Source of the DNA: an uncultured delta proteobacterium
GTDB taxonomy: Bacteria; Myxococcota_A; Polyangia; Polyangiales; Polyangiaceae
NCBI GenBank assembly: GCA_963850305.1
Contig: CAWKKR010000005.1
Span: 128,001 to 192,000, forward strand
Length of the DNA stretch: 64,000 nucleotides
Direction: 5' to 3'
Below the pieces are notes generated by a model, which saw only the letters and a program-made list of their open reading frames with translations, ran no database searches and was not told the DNA's origin. The first letter of the stretch is position 1; each line of letters begins with the position of its first letter. Of the stretch, positions 34,616 through 44,189 are shown one piece after another. A program made the position numbers and the translations under genes.

Positions 34616-35509
34616 ATGCCTTCCGTTCTTCGTGTTGCGACCCTCAACATATGGAACCGGTCCGGACCCTGGTCGGACCGCGTTGAGTTGATCCGAGCGG
34701 AGCTCGCCCGCCTCGACATCGACGTCATCGGCTTACAGGAGGTTCTCCGCCCGACCGCGCCAGGAGCCTCGCCGCACGCCATGTGGATCGCCGAGGAAAC
34801 GGCACTGACGGACCCTTCCGCGGATCAGGCGAGCGCCATTTGCGCAACGACGCATCCCCACGTCGCCTACGGGGCCGCCGCGGACTACGGCAACGGGCTG
34901 CTCTTCGGGAACGCCCTCGCGAGTCGCCATCCGATCGTCGAGCACTCGGCGTTCGAGCTGCCAGGGCGCGAGACGGGGGAGTCGCGGTCGCTCCTCTACG
35001 CTCTCGTCGAGCATCCTCTGGGGCGACTGCCGGTCTTCGTCACGCACCTGAACTGGAAGCTCCATCACGGTTCCGTGCGAGTGCGGCAAGTGGTGGCAAT
35101 ATCGGAGCATGTGAAGCGGCTCGCGCCTCTGGACGAGTCGCGGTTGCCCCCTCTGCTCATGGGCGACTTCAACGCGGAGCCCGACTCGGACGAGATTCGG
35201 TTCCTGCGAGGACTTGCGACGATTGGAGACAAGAGCGTCTATTTCGCGGACGCGTGGATTTACGGCGGGGACGGCTCTCCCGGCTACACCTTCGACCGTA
35301 AGAATCGGTTCGCCGCGCTCGCGCACGAGCCGCCGCGACGCATCGACTACATCTTCGTACGGGGTCCTGACGGAAAACTTCGCGGGGAGCCGCGGAAGAC
35401 GCGCCTCGCCTTTGCCAGTCACGTCCCCAAGGCGGACGGCCCACTCTGGTGTTCGGACCACTTCGGCGTTGTCACCGAGCTGACGGCGGAGCCCAGTTCT
35501 TGGGGATAG
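34616..35509 (+). CDS. Endonuclease/exonuclease/phosphatase family protein
   Basis: ATLNIW, GLQEV, THL, MGDFNA, RIDYIF, SDHFGV. Confidence 0.92.
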   Translation: MPSVLRVATLNIWNRSGPWSDRVELIRAELARLDIDVIGLQEVLRPTAPGASPHAMWIAEETALTDPSADQASAICATTHPHVAYGAAADYGNGLLFGNALASRHPIVEHSAFELPGRETGESRSLLYALVEHPLGRLPVFVTHLNWKLHHGSVRVRQVVAISEHVKRLAPLDESRLPPLLMGDFNAEPDSDEIRFLRGLATIGDKSVYFADAWIYGGDGSPGYTFDRKNRFAALAHEPPRRIDYIFVRGPDGKLRGEPRKTRLAFASHVPKADGPLWCSDHFGVVTELTAEPSSWG

Positions 35510-35516
35510 TGTCCGG

Positions 35517-37061
35517 ATGATGGCGTCGCCGGAGAACGTCGCGCTCGCGGAGCAAGTCGGGAAGCGACGCTTCCCGTGGAGCGAACCGGCAAGCTATGTC
35601 CTGACCCGGGGCGCGCTGCTGCGCGGGCTCGGGTTCGTTTACGCGGTCGCGTTCTTCTCGCTGTCGAACCAGCTCATGGGCTTGATCGGGAGCCACGGGC
35701 TGCTGCCCGCGAGTCGCTATCTGGACGAGCTCCGGAGCTTCGGCAACGGCGCGCCGTTCGAACCGACGCTGTTCTGGTTCTCGAGCTCGGACGCCGCTCT
35801 CCGCGCCGCGTGCGACGCGGGGCTCGTGCTCTCGGTGATCGCGTGCGCAGGCTTCGCGAACTCGGTCGTCATGGCGGCGCTGTGGGTGCTCTACACGTCG
35901 TTCGTCAACGTGGGACAGGTCTTCTACGGATACGGCTGGGAGCTTCTCACGCTCGAAGCGGGGTTTCTGGCGGTCTTTCTGGCGCCACCCTGGGATCCGC
36001 GCGGCCGCAGATCGCCTCCGCCGACGGCCATCGTGTGGCTTTATCGATGGCTCCTGTTCCGCGTCATGTTCGGCGCCGGCCTCATCAAGTTGCGTGGCGA
36101 TCCGTGCTGGGTCCATCTTACGTGTCTCGCGGATCACTACGAAACACAGCCGATTCCGAACCCTCTGAGCTACTACCTCCATGCGCTCCCAATGTGGGTG
36201 CACAAGGCGGGCGCGCTGTTCAATCACTTCGTGGAGCTCGTCGTGCCTTGGGGGTTGTTCGGGACGCGTCGAATCCGCCACGCGGCGGGCGTGTTCACGA
36301 TCCTCTTTCAGGTCATGCTCATCCTGAGCGGTAACCTTTCATTCCTGAACTGGCTCACGATAGTCGTCGCCCTGTCGGCGTTCGACGACGGCGCGTTCGA
36401 GGAGCTGTTGCCCGCTCGCGCTCGCGTAGCGGCTCGTATTGCGAGTTTGCGTGACCTTACCCCGACGACGGCGCGCCGGTACGTCGTCACGGGCGTCACC
36501 GTGGTCATCCTGATGCTCAGCATCTTTCCCGCCGTGAACATGATCTCCCCCGATCAGCGCATGAACGGGTCCTTCGAACCCTTTCATCTCGTCAACACCT
36601 ACGGCGCCTTCGGGAGCGTGGAGCATGAACGCGACGAGGTCGTTCTGGAGGGCACTTACGACGATCCCGGTTCGCCCTCCGCGCGATGGCTCGAGTACGA
36701 GTTTCCGTGCAAACCGGGTGATCCGAAGCGACGCCCCTGCTTCGTTTCGCCGTATCACTACCGGCTGGACTGGCAGATGTGGTTTGCGGGGCTCTCGAAC
36801 TACCGGCGCGAACCCTGGATCGTGAAGCTCGTCTACGAACTATTGAGAGGAAACTCCACCGTCCTGGCGCTCCTGTCGAAGAACCCGTTCCCGGGGCGTC
36901 CCCCGCGTTACGTGCGCGCGCTGCTCTATCGCTATGAGTTCACGAGAAACCGGAAAGACGGCTGGTGGAAACGGACGCTCGTCGGAGAATATCTCCGTCC
37001 GATGGCGCTCGACGACCCGGGCCTCCATGAATTCCTGAAGGACCGAGATTGGCTTCCGTGA
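35517..37061 (+). CDS. Lipase maturation factor family membrane protein
   Basis: GLIGSHGLLP, GQVFYGYGWELLTLEAGFL, FRVMFGAGLIKLRGD, HYETQPIP, PYHYRLDWQMWFA. Confidence 0.93.
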   Translation: MMASPENVALAEQVGKRRFPWSEPASYVLTRGALLRGLGFVYAVAFFSLSNQLMGLIGSHGLLPASRYLDELRSFGNGAPFEPTLFWFSSSDAALRAACDAGLVLSVIACAGFANSVVMAALWVLYTSFVNVGQVFYGYGWELLTLEAGFLAVFLAPPWDPRGRRSPPPTAIVWLYRWLLFRVMFGAGLIKLRGDPCWVHLTCLADHYETQPIPNPLSYYLHALPMWVHKAGALFNHFVELVVPWGLFGTRRIRHAAGVFTILFQVMLILSGNLSFLNWLTIVVALSAFDDGAFEELLPARARVAARIASLRDLTPTTARRYVVTGVTVVILMLSIFPAVNMISPDQRMNGSFEPFHLVNTYGAFGSVEHERDEVVLEGTYDDPGSPSARWLEYEFPCKPGDPKRRPCFVSPYHYRLDWQMWFAGLSNYRREPWIVKLVYELLRGNSTVLALLSKNPFPGRPPRYVRALLYRYEFTRNRKDGWWKRTLVGEYLRPMALDDPGLHEFLKDRDWLP

Positions 37062-37093
37062 TTCGCCGGATTCGTGCGATATAGTGGGCTTCC

Positions 37094-37489
37094 ATGACTC
37101 CCGGTGAAAAGAACGTGTTGAAGTCGCTGGTCGCGGTTGCCTGGGCGGACGGGCAGATCGCCGACGGCGAGTTCGGTGTCATCGAGGGTTTGCTGGCGGG
37201 CTTCGATGCGACGGAGGATGAGGAGACCGAGATCCTCGAGTATGCGAAGACCCCGCGGAGCATCGAGCACGACGTCCCGTTTGCCGATCTGAGCGACGAG
37301 GATCGCGAGCTTTTGCTCTCGAACGCGGCGCTCCTCACCCAGGCGGACGGTGAGCAGAGCGACGGCGAGCGAGAGTTGCTCGACGAATTGGTGGATCTTC
37401 TCGGGTTCTCGCGCGACGAGGCCGACGAGATCATCGACGCGACCCGGGACGGAGTCTTGAACCTGGGAACCAAGCCGCTCGACGACTGA
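37094..37489 (+). CDS. TerB-like (tellurite resistance family) protein
   Basis: Two ADG...E motifs (AWADGQIADGE; QADGEQSDGE); acidic and helical. Confidence 0.8.
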   Translation: MTPGEKNVLKSLVAVAWADGQIADGEFGVIEGLLAGFDATEDEETEILEYAKTPRSIEHDVPFADLSDEDRELLLSNAALLTQADGEQSDGERELLDELVDLLGFSRDEADEIIDATRDGVLNLGTKPLDD

Positions 37490-37491
37490 AC

Positions 37492-38286
37492 ATGACTATC
37501 TTCAAGGACAGGCTACTTGCGGGTCGCGTTGCATTCGTCACGGGTGGCGGTTCGGGGATCGGATCTGGCATTGCTAGAGGGCTCGCGGCGCAAGGTGCGA
37601 AGGTGGCAGTCCTGGGGCGTCGCGCCGAGATGCTCGAGGCGGTCGCGAAGGAGATCCGCGATGCCGGGGGCTCGGCCCTGGCGACCCCAGCGGATGTTCG
37701 CGAGTACGGCGATGTCGAGAAGGCGATCGAGAGCACCGTCGCCGAATTCGGTCGGCTCGACATCCTGATCAACTCCGCCGCCGGCAACTTCGTCGCACCC
37801 GCGGCGCAGCTCAGCGCGAACGGGTTCAAGGCGGTCGTCGGCATCGACCTGCTGGGTACGTTCAACGCTTGCCGGGCTGCCTTCGCGCCATTGTCGGTCC
37901 AGGGCGGCTCGATCGTGAACATCTCCGCGCCGCAGGCCTTCGTGCCGACTCCGGCGCAGGTCCATGTGGGTGCGGCAAAGGCGGGCATCGAGAAGCTCAC
38001 GCGCGACCTCGCTCTCGAGTGGGGCCGGGTCGGGATCCGCGTCAACTCGGTCGTGCCGGGACCGACCGAGGACACGGAGGGAATGCGACGCCTGGGGCCG
38101 TCCGACCCCGAAGTTCAGGCGCGCATGAAGAAGAACATTCCACTCGGACGCTGGGGAAGAATTCAGGAGCTCTCGGACGCCGTCATCTATCTGGTCTCGG
38201 ATGCCGCCGCGTACATTACTGCGACGACGCTCGTCGTCGACGGGGGCTCGTCGCTGGTGTCGCGTGGCTCCATCGGTGAGCTCTGA
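37492..38286 (+). CDS. SDR oxidoreductase, peroxisomal 2,4-dienoyl-CoA reductase-like
   Basis: TGGGSGIG, NSAAGNF, LSANGFKAVVGIDLLGTFN, HVGAAKAG. Confidence 0.88.
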   Translation: MTIFKDRLLAGRVAFVTGGGSGIGSGIARGLAAQGAKVAVLGRRAEMLEAVAKEIRDAGGSALATPADVREYGDVEKAIESTVAEFGRLDILINSAAGNFVAPAAQLSANGFKAVVGIDLLGTFNACRAAFAPLSVQGGSIVNISAPQAFVPTPAQVHVGAAKAGIEKLTRDLALEWGRVGIRVNSVVPGPTEDTEGMRRLGPSDPEVQARMKKNIPLGRWGRIQELSDAVIYLVSDAAAYITATTLVVDGGSSLVSRGSIGEL

Positions 38287-38289
38287 GGA

Positions 38290-39411
38290 TCAGATCTTGT
38301 CGAGTCCAAGCAAGCGCATGGCGTTCTTTGCGTACACCTTCTCGAGCACGTCGCGCGTGAGGTAGATCCCGTCGATCGTCCACGTCCCTTGGATGGGAGT
38401 CGGGTGAGCGAAGCCGCGGTCGCCCGTCTCGAAGAAGCGATGGGTCGCGCTGAAGAACAGCTCCTGTTCGGCGGGGGTCGGTGGTTTCGGTCCCGATGAG
38501 CCGAGGAAGAGCGGTTCAGGATCCGGACCGACCCCGAGATCGGAGCCGTACAGGATCCGGTCCTGGAACTCCTCGAAGAACGCATGCAGTTTCTCGGCCG
38601 GGTGGCGGCCCATCTCCGGAATTCGCGCGGCGGTGTCGATGTACATGTTCGGATAACGGCGGAGCATCTCAGCCACGCGATCCATGTCTTCCGCGCAATT
38701 GCCGAAATGAACGGAGATGAACTTCGTCCTTGGGTGCCGCGCAATGCGGCGCTCGAGCGCCTTGGACATCTCGTCGAACGAGGGCACGTCGCGGCCGTAG
38801 AGTGCCCATCCTGGGTGAGCGGTGAGCTCCGCATAACGCTCGTTGTGGGCGTCCACCGGCTGCCAGAAGGCTCGCGGATCCCCCGAGTGAATCGCTACGG
38901 GCATGCCGAGCTCGCCTGCCATCTCGAACACGGGGTCCAGCTCGGCGTCGTCGACGGGAACGAGTTTCCCGTCGGGACCAGTGAGCCCGAGGCCGAGTGC
39001 TTTCGTGATCTTCAGCCCCTTCGCGCCGAGATCGTGGCCCATTCGGACGAATTCCGCCATGCGCCGGCCGTAGCCCGGGGCCTGCGCCTGCTCGTACGCG
39101 AGCCCGGTGAACACCGTGATCCTGCCGCCCGATGCTCGTGCGGCCGCCATCTGCTTCGGAAGGCTGCCCATCGGATGTCCGCCGGACAGGTTCACGATGT
39201 GAGCGATGCCGTAACGTTTCATGAGCGCCAGGAGTCGGATGTCCCCGCCGACCGCCAGATGGACGTGCGCGTCGAGCATGGGGATGTGCCGGGCATCCGG
39301 GGAAATGCTCGACCGCTCTTGTCTGCGGCGCGCGATCGGGAGGAGCGCCGTGAGAAGGCTGGCCACCACGATGGTCGACGCAACCGCGGCCAGAATTTTC
39401 CGTCGGGCCAT
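38290..39411 (-). CDS. Exported amidohydrolase-family protein
   Basis: DAHVH, GLK, AIHSGDP, VHFG, LYGSD; N-terminal TM. Confidence 0.88.
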   Translation of the reverse strand: MARRKILAAVASTIVVASLLTALLPIARRRQERSSISPDARHIPMLDAHVHLAVGGDIRLLALMKRYGIAHIVNLSGGHPMGSLPKQMAAARASGGRITVFTGLAYEQAQAPGYGRRMAEFVRMGHDLGAKGLKITKALGLGLTGPDGKLVPVDDAELDPVFEMAGELGMPVAIHSGDPRAFWQPVDAHNERYAELTAHPGWALYGRDVPSFDEMSKALERRIARHPRTKFISVHFGNCAEDMDRVAEMLRRYPNMYIDTAARIPEMGRHPAEKLHAFFEEFQDRILYGSDLGVGPDPEPLFLGSSGPKPPTPAEQELFFSATHRFFETGDRGFAHPTPIQGTWTIDGIYLTRDVLEKVYAKNAMRLLGLDKI

Positions 39412-39494
39412 ATCGCCACTTTATCTCGGACGTTCGTGGCCCGGACACGCTTCGTGGCCTTTTCTCGTCGGCTCGTCTTTGGTACACGAGCGCC

Positions 39495-39965
39495 ATGATG
39501 ATGTTCGATTGTCGTCTCGTCGTTCGCGCCGCGCTCTTGTCCCTCTGCCTCGTCGCTTGCGACAAGAGAGTGCCCGAGCCCGAATCGCGCCCCGAGGTCC
39601 CCGCGCCGTCGGGAGAGAGCATCTCCGAGGTCCCCGCGCCCGCGGAGCTCGTCAAGGAAGACGTTCTGGTCGGCAAGGGCAGGGAAGCCAAGAACGGGGA
39701 TCACGTGGTCGTCAACTACACGGGCACGCTCACGGACGGGACGAAGTTCGACAGCTCGCTGGACCGCAACGAACCGTTCGACTTCACGCTCGGAGCCGGG
39801 ATGGTGATCAAGGGGTGGGATCAGGGCGTCCTCGGGATGAAAGTCGGCGGAAAGCGACGCCTGACGATTCCGTCGCAGCTCGGCTACGGCGAGCGAGGCT
39901 CGCCGCCGAAGATCCCGCCGAACGCGACGCTCGTCTTCGACGTCGAGCTCGTTGCCATCAAGTAG
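39495..39965 (+). CDS. FKBP-type peptidyl-prolyl isomerase (lipoprotein)
   Basis: [45 protein letters not shown]; lipobox LVAC. Confidence 0.95.
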   Translation: MMMFDCRLVVRAALLSLCLVACDKRVPEPESRPEVPAPSGESISEVPAPAELVKEDVLVGKGREAKNGDHVVVNYTGTLTDGTKFDSSLDRNEPFDFTLGAGMVIKGWDQGVLGMKVGGKRRLTIPSQLGYGERGSPPKIPPNATLVFDVELVAIK

Positions 39966-40071
39966 CTACGAGTAAAGGGGGCCTTGCCTGCCTTGCGCGG
40001 GCTCGCTCCGCGAGCTAGGCCGCAGCTCTTTGAGCCCTCGGGGACGACGCTGCTCTTCGATGCGGAATTAC
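39966..40071. repeat. Modular REP-like element copy 6 (degenerate, short)
   Basis: AAAGGGGGCCTTG...GCTCGCTCCG followed by CCGCAGCTCTTTGA..CCTCGGGGACGACG...TGCGGAATTAC. Confidence 0.75.
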
Positions 40072-41234
40072 TTGGTCCGCGGATAGCTGCCGAGGACGCG
40101 TACCATGTCGCACTGGGCTTCGAGCCGAGCGAGCGCGCGCGTCACGCTAACGTCGAATCGGTGACCCTCGAGGTCCGTGAAGAACACGTATTGCCAGAGT
40201 TCTCCACGACGCGGACGGGATTCGATGCGAGAGAGGTTGATGCGTTCTTCGTCGAAAATCTCGAGTACGCGTCGCAGAGCTCCGCGTTCGTCGCGGGTAG
40301 AAAATAGAATCGATGTTCGGTCGTCACCGGTCGGAGGGGCGTCGTGTTGCGCGAGCACCACGAACCTCGTCGCATTTTCCTTCCGGTCCTGGATGCTGTC
40401 GCGGAGGACCGTCAGCCCCGTCAGCTCCGCGGCGAGCCGGCTCGCGATGGCCGCGGCGGAGGGGTCCGCTGCGGCTTCTCGCGCAGCGCTGCTGGTCGAC
40501 AGCGAAACGACGAGCTGCGCCTGCGGCAGGTTCTTCGCGAGCCAATCCCGGCATTGAGCCAGTGCTTGTGGGTGCGAGTGCACGCGCGCGATCCTGCCGA
40601 GGTCGTCGGTCAAGCCGACCAGGCATTGAGAAACGTCGAGGACGACCTCGCCGCGCACCATCACGGACGTCTCGAGCAGACAGTCGAGAGTGTGCGTGAC
40701 GCCGCCTTCCGTCGAATTCTCGATCGGCGCAACGCCGTACGTCGTCGTGCCGCGAGCGACGGCATCGAATACGGCCGGAATCGTCGCGGACTCGACGTAG
40801 CGCGCGGCCGTGCCGAAGCTACTTCGCGCGGCCATGTGAGTGAAGGTGCCAGGCGGGCCGAAATAAGACACGCTGATTCCCTCCTCGAGCGATAGGCAGG
40901 CGCTGATGATCTCGCGAAACACGGGACGGACGCCTTCGCTTGGAAACGCCGGATCCTGGGTCTCGTCGAGCCTCTGCTCGAGACGCTCGTAGATTTGCTG
41001 CTCGCGCTCGGGGTCGTGCATCCTTCGCGCGGTGTCGCGCTTGCGTTTACCGACGTCGCGAACGAGGTGCGCGCGTCGATTCAGCAGGTCGAGTAGCTCG
41101 TCGTCTATCTTGTCGATCTGGGTTCTGAGCTCCGCGACCGTCTTTTCGCGTCCGACGTCCCTCGCTTTCGTGCGCGATGGCCGCACGGAGGGTGCGCGAT
41201 GCCCGGACGACTTGGGAGGGGCCCGCACGGTCAC
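40068..41234 (-). CDS. pheA: Chorismate mutase/prephenate dehydratase
   Basis: LRTQIDKIDDELLDLLNRRA, GPPGTFT, PIENSTEG, SHPQALAQC, NATRF, LSRIESRP, LGSYP; GTG overlaps the upstream TGA. Confidence 0.95.
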   Translation of the reverse strand: MTVRAPPKSSGHRAPSVRPSRTKARDVGREKTVAELRTQIDKIDDELLDLLNRRAHLVRDVGKRKRDTARRMHDPEREQQIYERLEQRLDETQDPAFPSEGVRPVFREIISACLSLEEGISVSYFGPPGTFTHMAARSSFGTAARYVESATIPAVFDAVARGTTTYGVAPIENSTEGGVTHTLDCLLETSVMVRGEVVLDVSQCLVGLTDDLGRIARVHSHPQALAQCRDWLAKNLPQAQLVVSLSTSSAAREAAADPSAAAIASRLAAELTGLTVLRDSIQDRKENATRFVVLAQHDAPPTGDDRTSILFSTRDERGALRRVLEIFDEERINLSRIESRPRRGELWQYVFFTDLEGHRFDVSVTRALARLEAQCDMVRVLGSYPRTK

Positions 41235-41974
41235 CCGCGCTCGGCGAGCAGTGCGACCCGCACCGCGTGCGCGGCGTGCGCGCGCGCGGCCCTTGGCCAG
41301 CCGAGGATCTTCGCCGTGGCGTCCACGACGGCCGCCCACGCGTCCGCCTCGCCTCGCAATTCGCGAACGACATGCACGACCTGCGAGAATTCCTGCTTCG
41401 ATTTCACGTGTCTGGGAAGGCTCGCCCAGAGGATCTGCGCGCACTCGCCGTATGCGCGCTCACACTCGGCCTGAGGTGTCTCGCGGATTGCCGAATGAGC
41501 CTTTTCGATTAGGCGCGCAATCCGCGCGACGTTCTTGTCGCCCGACCCATCGAGTTCCCACGCAGCCCATGCGCGTTCGATGCTCGCCTCGAGGAGCGGC
41601 GCGACTCGTCCGTCGCGAATCGCCGCTTCCAGCGCCAGCGACATCCTGCGAGCGCGAAGCATCCATCCCGGCGCGTTCTCGGGAAGCGGGCTTCCAAAAT
41701 CGGGCGCCGTGCGCGCCGCGTCGGGGGTCCGACTCCCGGGCGGTGGCCGGGTGCGGCGCAATTCGTCCGGGTCAGGAGGTGGGGGCTGATAATCGTTGGA
41801 CGAGGGCGGCGCCATCTCCACGGGCGACGACTGCGCTGGCGGTCTCGCGGAACGCCGTGAAGCCGGTCCCGACTGCGGCGGTGCAGGATTAGTGCGGGCC
41901 GGCGAGGGCGACACCATTCGGTGGGCCGTCACGGTCGGCGTCCCCTGATGCAGCGTCTTTTTGATGTCCGCCAT
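41231..41974 (-). CDS. Hypothetical protein (Pro-rich N-terminus, helical C-terminus)
   Basis: ORF coupled to pheA through a GTGA overlap. Confidence 0.65.
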   Translation of the reverse strand: MADIKKTLHQGTPTVTAHRMVSPSPARTNPAPPQSGPASRRSARPPAQSSPVEMAPPSSNDYQPPPPDPDELRRTRPPPGSRTPDAARTAPDFGSPLPENAPGWMLRARRMSLALEAAIRDGRVAPLLEASIERAWAAWELDGSGDKNVARIARLIEKAHSAIRETPQAECERAYGECAQILWASLPRHVKSKQEFSQVVHVVRELRGEADAWAAVVDATAKILGWPRAARAHAAHAVRVALLAERG

Positions 41975-42133
41975 ACCGTCGTCCCGACCGAAATCGCCAC
42001 GGTATCATCCTTTGTCGAGTGTCCACCAGTGTGGCCTCGCCTTGACCTCCATAGGATCCGTCTTCGACCGTCGACGTCGGGTTTTTTTCGCCCGATTCGA
42101 TCGCTCGGATGATTGTCGAGGATCTCCTGGGGT

Positions 42134-42177
42134 AAAAAAGAAAGCGGGTGCCGGAGCGTCAGCTCGTGGCACCCGTT
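42134..42177 (-). terminator. Rho-independent terminator after the SCP2 gene
   Basis: Minus strand CGGGTGCC...GGCACCCG stem followed by CTTTCTTTTTT. Confidence 0.8.
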
Positions 42178-42195
42178 GCAGGCCCAAGGGCGTGC

Positions 42196-42522
42196 TTATT
42201 TGATCATGTCGGTGAGCTTCTGAAGCTTCATCGCGAGACCCATGTCTCCTTCGATCTTCAGCTTGCCCGTGAAAAACAGCTGCTGGCCATTGGCGCGACC
42301 TTCGACCATGTCGACGTAGTCCTTCGCCGCCATCTTGATCGTGCATTGCGCGGCGCCGTCGCCCTCGGTGACCCCGGGAGCGTCCTTCAGGTTCATGATG
42401 TACGTACCGCCGCCATCACCATCGAGGACGAACTTGTAGACTGCGCCGATCTGGCTCGCCTGCGCCTTGTTCTCCTCGATCTTCGTCTTTGCCGTACTCA
42501 TCAGCTCTTTGGCTGTTGCCAT
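42196..42522 (-). CDS. SCP2 sterol/lipid-binding domain protein
   Basis: AVYKFVL.G..GG.Y, CTIKM...D, QQLFFTGKLKIEGDMGLAMKL. Confidence 0.92.
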   Translation of the reverse strand: MATAKELMSTAKTKIEENKAQASQIGAVYKFVLDGDGGGTYIMNLKDAPGVTEGDGAAQCTIKMAAKDYVDMVEGRANGQQLFFTGKLKIEGDMGLAMKLQKLTDMIK

Positions 42523-42609
42523 TTTCGTTCTCTCCTGTGTTCTTCCTGTTTCGATGGTCTTCTGACCGGGAGTGCCGTCGGGCGAGGCCCTCTGGCGCGT
42601 GTGATGTTT

Positions 42610-43344
42610 TCAAGCAGGTCGGGGCGGTTCGGCCCTGCCGTGCTGCTCGAGCAGATCGACGAATTGCTGGTGACGCCACGTCCAGATCCATCGGACGAGC
42701 GAGCGGGCACGTTCGGCGTCGCGGCCGGCAATCGCCGCAACGACGTGATCGTAGCCTTCGACCACGGAGTCCGGCGCGACGTAGAGGGTCTCGAGGAGCG
42801 GTGCGTACTTCCTGAGTAGAGCGCGGACGGAGTTCATCACCAGTCTCGGCACGATGTTTCCGGCCGCGCCAGCGAGCGCCCAGTGAAAGTCAAAGTCGAG
42901 CGCGGAGATTTTCGAGAGCCGGTTCTCGGCTCGCATCGCCGCCACCACGGCGCGCAAGCGAACGAGATCCGATTCGTTGCGCCGTTCCGCGGCGAGCGCC
43001 GAGACTTCCGTGCTGAGGACGCGCGCGGCTTCGAGGAGATTGCTCAGGACGAAGGGATTCACGCGCCCATCGGGGCCAATCACCAGATCCTCGATGACAT
43101 CGACGCTCGCGTGCTCGCTGTAGTCGAGAACTACCGTTCCCGCGCCGGGCCGCCGGGCGATGAGGTGCATCTGCTCGAGCTTGTTCATCGCCTCCCGCAC
43201 GGTGAATCGATTCACGCGGAAGTGCGAGGCAAGCTCGAACTCGGGCCGGAGCTTCTCGCCGGGCGCATGTATCCCGGACAGAATCTCCATCCGGATCTGA
43301 GCCGCCACGCGATGAGCGAGCGTTCTCTTCGAAGCCTCGGACAC
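42610..43344 (-). CDS. GntR/FadR-family transcriptional regulator
   Basis: PGEKLRPEFELASHFRVNRFTVREA...RRPGAGTVV; FCD domain DFDFHWALA..AGN; start approximate. Confidence 0.92.
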   Translation of the reverse strand: MSEASKRTLAHRVAAQIRMEILSGIHAPGEKLRPEFELASHFRVNRFTVREAMNKLEQMHLIARRPGAGTVVLDYSEHASVDVIEDLVIGPDGRVNPFVLSNLLEAARVLSTEVSALAAERRNESDLVRLRAVVAAMRAENRLSKISALDFDFHWALAGAAGNIVPRLVMNSVRALLRKYAPLLETLYVAPDSVVEGYDHVVAAIAGRDAERARSLVRWIWTWRHQQFVDLLEQHGRAEPPRPA

Positions 43345-43381
43345 CGAGGTCCGTTTAGGACGTGCCAATCCGACAAGCAAT

Positions 43382-43400
43382 TAGTTTGTTGGACAAACTA
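43382..43400. promoter_or_regulatory. Probable GntR/FadR operator palindrome
   Basis: Perfect TAGTTTGT-TGG-ACAAACTA inverted repeat ~40 bp upstream of the regulator. Confidence 0.7.
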
Positions 43401-43424
43401 TAGACGCGCTGCGTCGGGCCGTTT

Positions 43425-44099
43425 TCAGTTCGATGGGCAAGCGGCACCACAGGGGCCACCACCCGCCGTTATGCTGACCTCGGTTACGCACAGGGCGTTC
43501 CAGGCGCTGTCGCAACAGGAGCTATCTTTCTTGCAGACGCACGCCTGGATGGTCGAATCCGTGCAACCAGGGCTCCCCGAAGCGGTGCAGCAGTCGTTGG
43601 TCGGACACGTTCCGCAAGCGAGTGCGGAAACGAGCGTGACGCAAGTCGAGTCCCACCCGTCCTGCCCGGTCTCACAGCAATCGGCGACCTGATCGCACAC
43701 ACATTGCTCGATCGTCGTGTCGCTACAGCCGCGCGATGCGTGGGCCGTGCAGCAGGGCCCTGTCCCCACGCCGGAATCTGCTTGCTCGCGCCCGCCACCG
43801 CCGGAACCGCCGCCGCTCCCCGCGCCTCCCGCCGCTCCGGCGCCACCGGTTGAGGCGTCCCCGTTCGGCATCCCGCCAAGAGCGGATGCGCCGCCGATTG
43901 GCGCTCCGCCAGCGCTTACGGCACCTCCAGAGCTCGAACCGCCGTTGCTGCTCGACGAGCCACCCGCGCTCGACGAGCCTCCAGTCGTCACACCGGCTGC
44001 GCCCCCGCTCTCGCCGCCCGAAGAACCGCCATTGCTGGATGAGCACGCAAACAAGAACGGAATCAGCGCGACAAAACCAAGGTGGTACCGGCGGGTCAT
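43425..44099 (-). CDS. Lipoprotein with Gly/Ser linker and two Cys-rich repeats
   Basis: Lipobox LFAC; repeats CC.A....GC.D.TI..CVC.....CC.....W...CV. Confidence 0.8.
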   Translation of the reverse strand: MTRRYHLGFVALIPFLFACSSSNGGSSGGESGGAAGVTTGGSSSAGGSSSSNGGSSSGGAVSAGGAPIGGASALGGMPNGDASTGGAGAAGGAGSGGGSGGGGREQADSGVGTGPCCTAHASRGCSDTTIEQCVCDQVADCCETGQDGWDSTCVTLVSALACGTCPTNDCCTASGSPGCTDSTIQACVCKKDSSCCDSAWNALCVTEVSITAGGGPCGAACPSN

Positions 44100-44189
44100 G
44101 GGATCTCCCTCAAAAGCCATGGGCAGCGGCCCTTTCTGGAGCCGCTGCCCGTTTGCATCAAGCAGAAATTTTGCAAGCAGTGCGCGTGC

